A stretch of DNA of 64,000 bases from a virus (Duplodnaviria > Caudoviricetes): the IMG/VR virus record IMGVR_UViG_3300038345_000144; one strand, given 5' to 3'. The position numbers and the translations under genes were made by a program. Positions 42,575 to 51,087 of this stretch are shown here, in pieces (position 1 is the first letter of the stretch; each line of letters opens with the position of its first letter). Below the pieces are notes generated by a model. The model was not told where the DNA came from and searched no databases. It saw nothing but the letters and a program-made list of their open reading frames with translations.

Positions 42575-42949
42575 TTAGTTGTCTTTTACTCTACCATTCT
42601 CATCGAAGTAGTGTTCAGCAGTATCAGGAGTGTCCTTGATATGTGCATCAGGGTTGTCAATGCGTTCACCCTCTTCAGATACCGCATCGGTTTCATCAAT
42701 ATAGTGGTCGTCGATAATAACCCCGTCTTCTCCATCGTGACCAGGCTTATCCTCATCGTAATGGCTATCACGGTCTGGAGTGTCTTTCGCATCGTCAGTT
42801 GACTCTTCTGCTACTTCCTTTTCCTCTGTTTCCTCGATAACGGTTGTAGTTTCCTCTGGGTCGTTGGTCTTCTTTGTACCGCCACACGCTGTCATTGTCA
42901 ACAGCATTGAACCTACAAGTGCCATTACCATAATCTTCGACTTTTTCAT
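42575..42949 (-). CDS. Acidic lipoprotein
   Basis: Lipobox MTAC followed by a D/E-rich region. Confidence 0.7.
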   Translation of the reverse strand: MKKSKIMVMALVGSMLLTMTACGGTKKTNDPEETTTVIEETEEKEVAEESTDDAKDTPDRDSHYDEDKPGHDGEDGVIIDDHYIDETDAVSEEGERIDNPDAHIKDTPDTAEHYFDENGRVKDN

Positions 42950-42985
42950 TTTCCTAAATTTCCTTCCTAAAATTAAAATTATATT

Positions 42986-43213
42986 TTATTTATTCTTGGC
43001 TATTATAATAATGAACACCAAGAAATAAATAAGCAACAGTAATAATACTAATGCAAAAGTAATCCAAATTGGCGAGAGTACCCAAACCCAAGACCAGTCG
43101 ATTACCTTGCATAATTTTAAGACAATAAAGGCAATAGTCAATAGGGTAGAAAAACTACCACCTACTGTAACGGAGACTTTTGCTCCTCCACCGTTATTGT
43201 CATCATTTCCCAT
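42986..43213 (-). CDS. Small membrane protein
   Basis: FIVLKL..VIDWSWVWVLSPIW motif; two TM segments. Confidence 0.7.
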   Translation of the reverse strand: MGNDDNNGGGAKVSVTVGGSFSTLLTIAFIVLKLCKVIDWSWVWVLSPIWITFALVLLLLLIYFLVFIIIIAKNK

Positions 43214-43297
43214 ATTTGTACTCCTTAAAAGTTGTGTGGTTACAGGCAGTGTTGTTTGTTTTTAAGTTTATTTTTGTTTATTTTTGATTAGTGGAAT

Positions 43298-43960
43298 TTA
43301 GAATGTATCTTCATCTTCCGCAGTAACCTCAACAGGACCGTCTTCCTCAAGAGAGATTACTGTGCCTTCGCTTGGAGCATCTTCTAATTCTTCCTCTGTG
43401 TTCTTGCCTGCTTCTCTTTCAGCAATAGACTCCTTAACGAGTTTATTGGTGAGAGATACAAGATATGCCTGAATGTGTCTATCGACCATAATCATAGCAC
43501 TTCTGAACTTTGCAGGCTCTACGGGTACACCAATCATAACTTCAGGCTTACCATCAGGTATAATTGCACCAGTGTCAGTTGTCTTACCCTTACCGAGTGA
43601 GAGATTAACGAACAACTTATCACCTGCCATTGTTAACTTGATGGTACGGCTTTCAATGTGGTTGTCATATCTCTTGGACTTTGTGCTACCACCACGGCTG
43701 ATAATGTAACCCTTCTCGCCAGCCTTCATAACCTTCTCAAAAATTCTTCCCGACCTACAATCTTCTGCAAGTGTGACAGCCTCTTCGAACTCAAGATAGC
43801 AACTAACAGAACGCTGTGCCATCGGGAGCGACTTGTCATACTTTGCCGCCTGAAGTCTTACCTTCTCGATACCGAAACTATCGAGATACACATTCAGAAC
43901 GACTGTTTTTGTAGATGATTTGGAGATTTTGTACTTGTCAAACTGATTGTTTCTATTCAT
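43298..43960 (-). CDS. Hypothetical beta-rich protein with acidic tail (possible ssDNA-binding protein)
   Basis: Acidic C-terminus ending EDEDTF; first gene after the promoter at 44027-44055. Confidence 0.5.
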   Translation of the reverse strand: MNRNNQFDKYKISKSSTKTVVLNVYLDSFGIEKVRLQAAKYDKSLPMAQRSVSCYLEFEEAVTLAEDCRSGRIFEKVMKAGEKGYIISRGGSTKSKRYDNHIESRTIKLTMAGDKLFVNLSLGKGKTTDTGAIIPDGKPEVMIGVPVEPAKFRSAMIMVDRHIQAYLVSLTNKLVKESIAEREAGKNTEEELEDAPSEGTVISLEEDGPVEVTAEDEDTF

Positions 43961-44026
43961 TTAATTAAATTCCTTTCGCATAATAGAACACTGCCTGTAC
44001 CCCACTATGCTTTTATATACTTAATC

Positions 44027-44055
44027 ATTATAACAATATTATTTTTCTTTGTAAA
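44027..44055 (-). promoter_or_regulatory. Sigma-A type promoter upstream of the RNAP gene block
   Basis: TTTACA-N17-TATAAT with extended -10 TG. Confidence 0.75.
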
Positions 44056-44059
44056 TAGC

Positions 44060-44779
44060 CTACTCTTCAATTAACGGATTTTTTATTTTAAGGGTGATGC
44101 TATCCGAAGATTTTTCTGCTTCATTTATTTTAGCCTTACCCTTAACTTCGACCCCATAATCCTTGAGACGCTGTTTGAGGTGTTTTACTCCAGTAGTGCG
44201 TACCCACTTATTAAATGCCTCTCGGTTAATAATACAATACATATTGGTATCATCAATCTTCCACTCTCCGTGCCACTTTGAATACTTCGGAGGCTTCAGT
44301 TCACCTGCTCTATGCCAAAGAAAGTCAGGATAAGACTTTGAGTTGAAAAGACAATGACCTCGCCACTGGGACAAAATTGTACCATTTTCAAATGTCGTAT
44401 CAAACGAGTCCAGAGGCATACAATAACTATCGCAAATATTAAAATTTTGCCCGCTAATAACTGCTGAAAGGGTTGAAATCAGTGTTGGTTCGTGGTCATT
44501 TGGGCTTCTATGAAAATTCATTTCAAATCTGGGAACGCAAATCTCAAAATCAATCGCAAGTTCCTTTGCAACACAATTATCCTTGTTCTCCATCGCTTTT
44601 GACAGCACAAGGTCTAAAAACTGGTCGGTAACAATATATTGGATATACTCATCTAAATACACATCAACCTTATCAATGAAATTATCCAATATCTTAAGAA
44701 ACTCTGTCTGATAATCGTCCTTGTCCTTCACGGCTTTCAGGGTTTTTGACCTGACTGAATTAAGTAATTCTAAATCCAT
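44060..44779 (-). CDS. Hypothetical protein
   Basis: 239 aa ORF with RBS. Confidence 0.65.
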   Translation of the reverse strand: MDLELLNSVRSKTLKAVKDKDDYQTEFLKILDNFIDKVDVYLDEYIQYIVTDQFLDLVLSKAMENKDNCVAKELAIDFEICVPRFEMNFHRSPNDHEPTLISTLSAVISGQNFNICDSYCMPLDSFDTTFENGTILSQWRGHCLFNSKSYPDFLWHRAGELKPPKYSKWHGEWKIDDTNMYCIINREAFNKWVRTTGVKHLKQRLKDYGVEVKGKAKINEAEKSSDSITLKIKNPLIEE

Positions 44780-44807
44780 TTCTCAAAATTCCTTTCAACA
44801 TTCTACA

Positions 44808-45290
44808 TCAGTCATCAATATTTCTCTTTAACTTATATAATTCTCTATTAGACGACCTGAACATCATTAACAACAACTCGTATATAGGCTTATCCCTATC
44901 GTGAACTTTTGCGTTTTTAATTACTCTCATATTTCCCCAACTATCAGGTGCTATACAGCCAACCCAATGTGGTAATAAATGTCTAACTTGCGTAAACACT
45001 TCTTCCGTAGTAACCAAATATGACTTATCCGCAATATGCCAATTACAACCGTGTCCTGAATTGAAATCTTCAACTGACGATTTAATCTCATAAGCAATAA
45101 ACAAACCTTGCTCTATTCCTGACACGCTATTGTTTTTTGGCTTGAACTGCATAAAATCTATTCTACACTCTTTAGAAGTAGCATAGTCAAAAGTTACTTC
45201 CGTAGCATAATAAATGCGGGGGTCGTTATGCGGGTTAATGTAGTTTTTAAGTTGTCGGGATAATTCAGCCGTTATCTCTTTCCTATTCAT
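44808..45290 (-). CDS. MmcB-like PD-(D/E)XK nuclease-fold protein
   Basis: EV...RIDF...YEIKSSVEDF...YLV. Confidence 0.7.
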   Translation of the reverse strand: MNRKEITAELSRQLKNYINPHNDPRIYYATEVTFDYATSKECRIDFMQFKPKNNSVSGIEQGLFIAYEIKSSVEDFNSGHGCNWHIADKSYLVTTEEVFTQVRHLLPHWVGCIAPDSWGNMRVIKNAKVHDRDKPIYELLLMMFRSSNRELYKLKRNIDD

Positions 45291-45303
45291 TTATAAATTC
45301 CTT

Positions 45304-45720
45304 TCAACTTTTTCCGTATCTGTAAGCCACATAACTAATAACTTTTACTTTATCAAGAATGTATATGTGGTAGGTCTTCTTATCTGCGTCACCCTGCTCA
45401 TATTCAGGAACTAACGACTTGGGATTGAAATGCCTTACCATCCAGTCATAGACATACTGATTAGCACCGTTCCAATTGTAACGGATTTCATCGGGCATAC
45501 CTCGCTCATTGTATAAAGTAACAAGGGCTTCACTTAAAACCTTTAAGCCATAGCCCTTATGCTGATACATCGAGTTCGTGAACCACTCGGAGATACTCCA
45601 AATACTGCCATCACCATTTAGAGAGATTTTGCACTCACTAATCTGTGTATGGTTGTCCTCTTCGTAGATAGTTACTCGTAACCCATTTAATAAGTTTTCC
45701 TTGACAATTTTAGATGCCAT
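45304..45720 (-). CDS. GNAT-fold acetyltransferase-like protein
   Basis: YQHKGYG (Q/RxxGxG) motif A. Confidence 0.55.
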   Translation of the reverse strand: MASKIVKENLLNGLRVTIYEEDNHTQISECKISLNGDGSIWSISEWFTNSMYQHKGYGLKVLSEALVTLYNERGMPDEIRYNWNGANQYVYDWMVRHFNPKSLVPEYEQGDADKKTYHIYILDKVKVISYVAYRYGKS

Positions 45721-46528
45721 ACATTCTCTTGATTGCGTTTACATCAAACGAAATATTTTTCTCTTCTTTAATCTGTGTCTTTGCTACTTCAACCAGTGTG
45801 TCGAGGTACATTGTATCACAATCGGAGTGGCTTTCAACCCACTCTTCCAAAATAACTCTCAACTCGCTGATATGAATAGGCTTGGTCGTACTTGCATACC
45901 ACTCATCATCACGGCAAATATCAATAGGCGTGTCATTGACAATACAAACATAGCCGTCAATACTGTCGATAGGCAGACCTCTCTTTGACATAATATTCTC
46001 CCAAATAGGAGTAGATGCGTGAACTGTAAGCAATTCCTTGCCCTTATCTGGGTCCATAAGGACATTTCCTACCAAGATAACCTCTTGATTTGGCTTTAAT
46101 TTGAGGTTTTTAGCGTCAATAACCAGTAAGTTACGACCATAAACCAAAAGCGTATCGGTATCTGGAGTATATCCTAACTGTTCAAATTTCTCTGGCTCGG
46201 AGGAAAGGCTGGCAAATGCTACTATTCCCTGCAACTTATCATCATTCTTGAGAAGTGTCTGCAAGTATTCACATAACTTAATCTCACCTTCAAGACCTGC
46301 CTTTGTCAAAGCAATTTGAGTTTCAAGTTCAGGGTCTTTCATACTCCAATCGAGTATTGAGACATTCTTCTGTGCGTCCCTCTTATGCTCCAATTCTACC
46401 AATGTCTGACGCAAACCCTCACCAGGAGTTCCGATAACACGGTCTCCAGAACGAATATAGTTTCGTACATTTATAGCAAGGTCGTGGTCTTCAGGCAGAA
46501 TATTATCCTTGTTAAGTTTAGTAAGCAT
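45710..46528 (-). CDS. NERD-like/PD-(D/E)XK nuclease-fold protein
   Basis: GLEGE...DTDTLLV...LVIDAKN. Confidence 0.55.
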   Translation of the reverse strand: MLTKLNKDNILPEDHDLAINVRNYIRSGDRVIGTPGEGLRQTLVELEHKRDAQKNVSILDWSMKDPELETQIALTKAGLEGEIKLCEYLQTLLKNDDKLQGIVAFASLSSEPEKFEQLGYTPDTDTLLVYGRNLLVIDAKNLKLKPNQEVILVGNVLMDPDKGKELLTVHASTPIWENIMSKRGLPIDSIDGYVCIVNDTPIDICRDDEWYASTTKPIHISELRVILEEWVESHSDCDTMYLDTLVEVAKTQIKEEKNISFDVNAIKRMYGI

Positions 46529-46531
46529 TAC

Positions 46532-47524
46532 TTACGCCTTTCTGATGTTGGTATTCTTGTCAGGGTCTACATACTCCCAGTGATAACCACCAGCCGTAAT
46601 TGCAAGTCCCTTGAGTACAGCGTGGACATTCTTATTACCGCAAGCCTTCTGTGCCTTTGATACGGAAGAGAATACCTCTCCAGTTTCTACGCAACGAACG
46701 GACTTGGACTCGTCCTTAACATACTCCCAACGGAAACCCTTTGCTGTTGGAACTCTGCCAGTACATACCGCATAGATTGTTTCTCTTGCAAGTCCGTACT
46801 TCTTTCCTGCTTCTTCAACGGAGTCAAATACTTCGCCAGTGTCAACATTTCTGCACTTTCTGTTTCTTGTGCCTGCTACCCACTTCTGCAAATCCTTCTT
46901 TAGACATCCGCAAGACTTGGTGCGTTCGATGTTGTTAGTAGCAACTTCTACGATATTACCGCACTCACACTTACACTTGAATACCGCCTTACCGTTCTTG
47001 TTCTTAACGACATCAATAACTGTAAGTCTTCCGTGAGGATTGGAGTCAAATGCCCACTTGAAAGTTTCCATAGCATATTCGTGCCAATTATTCTGTCTGT
47101 AATAGAGAGTTGGCTGTGAAATGCTCTTATACTTGTTAAATAGGTCTTCTGTGAGTTTTCTGTCCTTCTCAAACTGTGCTCTTGTAGCCTTGAGATTTCT
47201 ACGATAGAACATATCGTAGTAGTTATAAACTATGTCATCAAGGTTGAACATAGCCTTGAAATGCTCTGGTGTAAGGAAACTGTATGACTTAAACCAGTAC
47301 AAAGCCTCGAACCTATCTTCATCAAGTTCAGGCTTATTTTGCATCATAGGTGCTATTATCTGACGAACACGCTCTCTTGAGATACGCTCGGTTTCCTGCT
47401 CCCCAATTTCCTGAAGTGTCATACCCTTCAGTCTCATATTCATAAATCGGGTTACTTTTTCCACCTTATCCTTCTGATTATAGAGTTTAGCAGGATAAGT
47501 CTTTACCCATTCTTTGATTTTCAT
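46532..47524 (-). CDS. Modular DNA-binding protein: sigma-70 region 4-like HTH, homing-endonuclease-type Cys module and two NUMOD1-like repeats
   Basis: MTLQEIG...ISRERVRQI; GRLTVI...CKCECGN...SCGC; two copies of TGEVF.SV..A......G..WEYV. Confidence 0.7.
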   Translation of the reverse strand: MKIKEWVKTYPAKLYNQKDKVEKVTRFMNMRLKGMTLQEIGEQETERISRERVRQIIAPMMQNKPELDEDRFEALYWFKSYSFLTPEHFKAMFNLDDIVYNYYDMFYRRNLKATRAQFEKDRKLTEDLFNKYKSISQPTLYYRQNNWHEYAMETFKWAFDSNPHGRLTVIDVVKNKNGKAVFKCKCECGNIVEVATNNIERTKSCGCLKKDLQKWVAGTRNRKCRNVDTGEVFDSVEEAGKKYGLARETIYAVCTGRVPTAKGFRWEYVKDESKSVRCVETGEVFSSVSKAQKACGNKNVHAVLKGLAITAGGYHWEYVDPDKNTNIRKA

Positions 47525-47532
47525 AACATTTA

Positions 47533-48242
47533 TTAGTCCTTTCTGTTGTTATCTTCATCGTCTAAAAATTTGGCTAACTTGTCGGGGTCAACCTCAAGAA
47601 GTCTTTTTGCTTGTATCTTGTTGAGTTCAATACCCTTAACAATGCCAGTAGCAATACAACTATCTTTAATTGTATTGGTAGGTCTCCAGTCATCACTGGT
47701 CTTAAAAATTGCTATATATGTTTTCATAGCATAGCCTCACTTCTGCTCCCATTAACAACCCCTATATTGTCTGCCTACTCTGTATGCTTTCTTTCTCAAT
47801 TCCTCAATAGCATTATCTAACGCACGACAATATGCCTTGTTTTCCTTGTAATTATCCCTTAATTCAGACAAATTATGTGTGTCCTGCATAATGTCATTCT
47901 GCATTTTCGTAATCTGTTCGTCTAATTCTTTACTTGTCATTTTTTTTGCTCCTTTATGTAATTTATTTTTCAGTATTAAACCCTCATATCTGCTCCGCAA
48001 GTAGGGCATACTCCCAACGGCTCTGTAATCATCGTGTGAATTATTGGTAATTTGTATTCTCCGCACTTATCACATTCAAAACAAACAACATCTTGCCCGA
48101 AATTATTTTGTTTGTGTCTTGTTATCCACTTACCGTGAGGTCTTGTGTATTCCTTCTTTGCGTCCTCGTAACCTTTCTTATATCCATTAGCATAGAACTC
48201 TTGACCGTCTCGCAGTTCATTATAATTAGTCATTTTTCGCAC
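47533..48242 (-). CDS. Three small proteins including zinc-ribbon protein 47976-48242
   Basis: GYKKGYEDA...RPHGKW...CDKCG...CPTCGA. Confidence 0.6.
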
Positions 48243-48394
48243 CGCCTTTTTGTTCTATCGGTTCGTGATTATAGATGCCACAATACTGACTTACTTCTGT
48301 ATATGCGTCAGGACATTCCTTTAATTCAATGTGTCCTGCATACGGACATTGAGTACAACCTATTTCTTTCTTATTCATTTTAGTTATCCTCCTT

Positions 48395-49063
48395 TTACCA
48401 AGTTACTGCAAGGTCATATCCCTCTGGATATGTATAAATAAATGTACCTGTATCAAGTACAATACCCTCACCAAGACTTGTTTCAACGATAGAGCCGTAA
48501 GGGTGCAATCTCCAGTTAGCGGCGACTATTACATACTTACCGAACATCTTTGCTCCGTCCTCACGCTCCCAATACTTGCCTTCAATACCCTTCTTTGTGG
48601 CATTTGAGCAAACAAGACCCATAGGGAGATTGTAATAAGTCTCTCTATGACCATTAAACATATTAACCCCCTTCTGCTTTGTAAGAGGGTCATCAATAGC
48701 CTGATAGCCGAGGATTGTCTCTGTAATATCAACATACTCGTCATACAGGGCTGTGTAACTTGTTTCGAGATTGTTATAATCTGTGGAAAGAGCATTATAG
48801 TTGGACTCAAGATTTGTATAGTTAGTTTCCAACTCATTGTGGCTCTGCTGTAATGTATTGTAGTTGTTTTCAAGTGTCGTACAGTTGTTTGTTACCGTCT
48901 GAAGGTTAGTTGTCAACTGCTGGTTTTCTACTGCCAGTTCATCGGCTCTTGCATTAACCTGACTAAATCTGATATGGTTTGAAATAATATTGGCTCCGAA
49001 AGCCATAACCAAAATCACCGCAAACAAAAGTATCTTGTTGTTTATCTTTCTATCAAAAATCAT
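48395..49063 (-). CDS. Membrane-anchored coiled-coil protein with C-terminal 3D-like (cell-wall) domain
   Basis: N-terminal TM, heptad repeats, ETYY...VAAN...PYGSIVET..GEGIVLDTG...DLAV. Confidence 0.65.
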   Translation of the reverse strand: MIFDRKINNKILLFAVILVMAFGANIISNHIRFSQVNARADELAVENQQLTTNLQTVTNNCTTLENNYNTLQQSHNELETNYTNLESNYNALSTDYNNLETSYTALYDEYVDITETILGYQAIDDPLTKQKGVNMFNGHRETYYNLPMGLVCSNATKKGIEGKYWEREDGAKMFGKYVIVAANWRLHPYGSIVETSLGEGIVLDTGTFIYTYPEGYDLAVTW

Positions 49064-49095
49064 TAGTTTACCTCTCTTTTATGTAATGTAAACAT

Positions 49096-49125
49096 ATTAT
49101 ACCAAACGAATTTACAATTTGTAAA
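49096..49125 (-). promoter_or_regulatory. Sigma-A type promoter
   Basis: TTTACA-N18-TATAAT with extended -10 TG. Confidence 0.75.
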
Positions 49126-49138
49126 GGTTTACACTAAA

Positions 49139-49564
49139 TTAGTGATTTTCGAGATAATTCATCACCTTGAAGAGTGACTTCTGTTCAATCTGACGCACTC
49201 TTTCAAAGGACATATCATAGATTTCTGCAAGGTCTCTGAAAGTATAGCACTTATCGGCATTTATACCTCTTCTCTTATACAGAATATCCTTTTCCTGCTC
49301 CGTGCATACAATATCAATAGCCTTAATAATGTCCTCGGCGGTGATTTCTCGTCTTGCGTGAAGCCTCTTATAAAGGCAAATGCTCTGGAAAATAATACCT
49401 GCAATACCAAGACCTACGGCAATAAGCGTATAAAGTCTGATTGTAGGGAATATGATTGATGCTCCTACGAAAAGGAGTGTAGCAATACTGCCTGCTACCA
49501 GTGAAATAATGTCCTTTCTGACTAATTCCTTATTAGGCTTTCTGTTAATTGTAATGTTTCTCAT
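49139..49564 (-). CDS. Two-TM protein fused to a sigma-70 region 4 domain
   Basis: Two hydrophobic helices, then EQEKDILYKRRGI...YTFRDLAEIYDMSFERVRQIEQKSLFK. Confidence 0.75.
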   Translation of the reverse strand: MRNITINRKPNKELVRKDIISLVAGSIATLLFVGASIIFPTIRLYTLIAVGLGIAGIIFQSICLYKRLHARREITAEDIIKAIDIVCTEQEKDILYKRRGINADKCYTFRDLAEIYDMSFERVRQIEQKSLFKVMNYLENH

Positions 49565-49595
49565 TGTAGTAATTTCCTCTCTTTAAGATGGTTTC

Positions 49596-49625
49596 ATTAT
49601 ACCAAAGAGGTTATCTTTTTGTAAA
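49596..49625 (-). promoter_or_regulatory. Sigma-A type promoter
   Basis: TTTACA-N18-TATAAT with extended -10 TG. Confidence 0.75.
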
Positions 49626-49691
49626 GTGCCGTATAACAATAATAAAAGGGTGGTATTACCCACCCTTGTTATTTTTAATATGTCAGGTTGA

Positions 49692-50642
49692 TTAGACCTT
49701 GAGGACCATATCGTATGCACGGTCTACGAGAGGATGTCCGTGGATAACCTTCATATAACGGTTGATGTTGCCGTTAATCGTGTTCTTGCTGTCTGCGTGG
49801 TCAACCCAGTCGGTGACGGCTGACAGGAAACGATAAGCGTTGTTATCGAAGTTTGCGAGGTCGTCCTTCTCAAGATAGACGGACATCAACTGTGTTCTTC
49901 TAATCTTGATGTTCTCGATAACCTTCTCGGAGGCTTCCTTCTCGCCAACCTTTACTACGGGAAGAGGGAACAGTCTCTCGATGAATTCCTTTACCTGCAA
50001 AGGAGACAACTTAATGCCGTTGAGAACCTCTGCTTCTCTCTGGAGGGCTTCCATATACTTTGAGCCTGCAAGGAGAACTTCCTGTGCCTCTGCAATCTTG
50101 CCGTTAGGGTCGCCAGAGTGCTTGCAACGCCATACTCTTGATACAGCAGAGAGAGGCATATTGAAGAAGTTAGAGCAAGCAACTCTACGAGGAACTACGA
50201 GAGCCGTAACGCTACCAGTACCGTCGTGGGAGTTCTTGAATACGATGTAGCACTCCAACTTATCACCGAATACGGAATACTCTTCTGCTACTCTACCTTC
50301 GAGCCAAGTGGAACGACCACCCTTGAAGGAACCGCCCTTTACGAACTCAACGGACTTGTCGTTGTAAAGGTGCTTTGTGAACTCGAAAGCCTCTGTGTTC
50401 TGAACCAACTTGTACTTGTCAGTTACGATACCGAGTGCCTTGCCGTCCTCTTCACGAACAACCGTCTTGGTGTTAGGGATGAGTACCTTCTCACCGTTGA
50501 GGTCTACATAGGTGTCGTGTGTGTCTACGGTCCAGTTCAGACCTGTCTGTGCCAAAATGTCTTCGTATGATGTAGGATTAACGATGTCCTCACCAAAACC
50601 TGTCTCCAACTTTTCCTTTGTCAAAAATGTTAAATCTGCCAT
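49692..50642 (-). CDS. DUF932 family phage/plasmid protein (start reassigned to MADLT)
   Basis: GLNWTV, LGIVTDKYKLVQN.EAF, NSHDGTGS, RVACSN, KH; GGAGG RBS before the ATG at 50642. Confidence 0.85.
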   Translation of the reverse strand: MADLTFLTKEKLETGFGEDIVNPTSYEDILAQTGLNWTVDTHDTYVDLNGEKVLIPNTKTVVREEDGKALGIVTDKYKLVQNTEAFEFTKHLYNDKSVEFVKGGSFKGGRSTWLEGRVAEEYSVFGDKLECYIVFKNSHDGTGSVTALVVPRRVACSNFFNMPLSAVSRVWRCKHSGDPNGKIAEAQEVLLAGSKYMEALQREAEVLNGIKLSPLQVKEFIERLFPLPVVKVGEKEASEKVIENIKIRRTQLMSVYLEKDDLANFDNNAYRFLSAVTDWVDHADSKNTINGNINRYMKVIHGHPLVDRAYDMVLKV

Positions 50643-50694
50643 CTTTAATTCCTCCTGAATAATTTTCGTAAGGTGTTTTATCTTTAACGACCTC

Positions 50695-50724
50695 ATATTA
50701 CCATAGAAACTTTCAGGCTGTCAA
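50695..50724 (-). promoter_or_regulatory. Sigma-A type promoter
   Basis: TTGACA-N18-TAATAT with extended -10 TG. Confidence 0.65.
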
Positions 50725-50808
50725 GTGTATTTTCGGCAAAATATTCAAAAAAATGCCAAAATGGTCAGATTTGTCCTATTAAACGGACTAAAATGGGTAA
50801 AAAGGCAT

Positions 50809-50847
50809 AAAAAACTCCCCGTAAAATCAATTACGAGGAATTTTTTT
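50809..50847. terminator. Terminator closing array C (resembles a repeat-derived hairpin)
   Basis: AAAAAACTCCCCGTAAAATCAATTACGAGGAATTTTTTT: hairpin flanked by A- and T-tracts. Confidence 0.7.
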
Positions 50848-50864
50848 AATAATGTGGATTGCTA

Positions 50865-51076
50865 TTACAGCCCCCATAAATGAGGAAAGTTGAACGAGTT
50901 GTCAATGAACCCTTGTCAGCTTTGAACAACCTCCGATGCGGAGAACAGCCGTTTTACGCCAAGATTTGCTGAACAACCCCCGAAACGGGGAAACTTGTGC
51001 ATATATTACACAAGTTCTTTGTGGACTAAACCGCAGAGTTTGAGTCCTTTAGAACAACCCCCGAAACGGGGAAAAT
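50865..51076 (-). CRISPR. Orphan CRISPR-like mini-array C: 4 degenerate type I-E-like repeats, spacers of about 57, 22 and 33 nt
   Basis: Minus-strand repeats TTTCCCCGTTTCGGGGGTTGTTC (two copies, in 51052-51076 and 50971-50994), CTGTTCTCCGCATCGGAGGTTGTTC (50924-50948) and ACTTTCCTCATTTATGGGGGCTGTAA (50865-50890; core identical to a repeat in array A). Confidence 0.7.
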
Positions 51077-51087
51077 TTCCCTTCCTA

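Noticed and set aside
50959-50970. 12-nt match (CCAAGATTTGCT) between the short array C spacer and about 22268-22279
   Set aside because: A match this short is expected by chance in 64 kb. I saw no convincing self-targeting, but I could not search exhaustively by eye.
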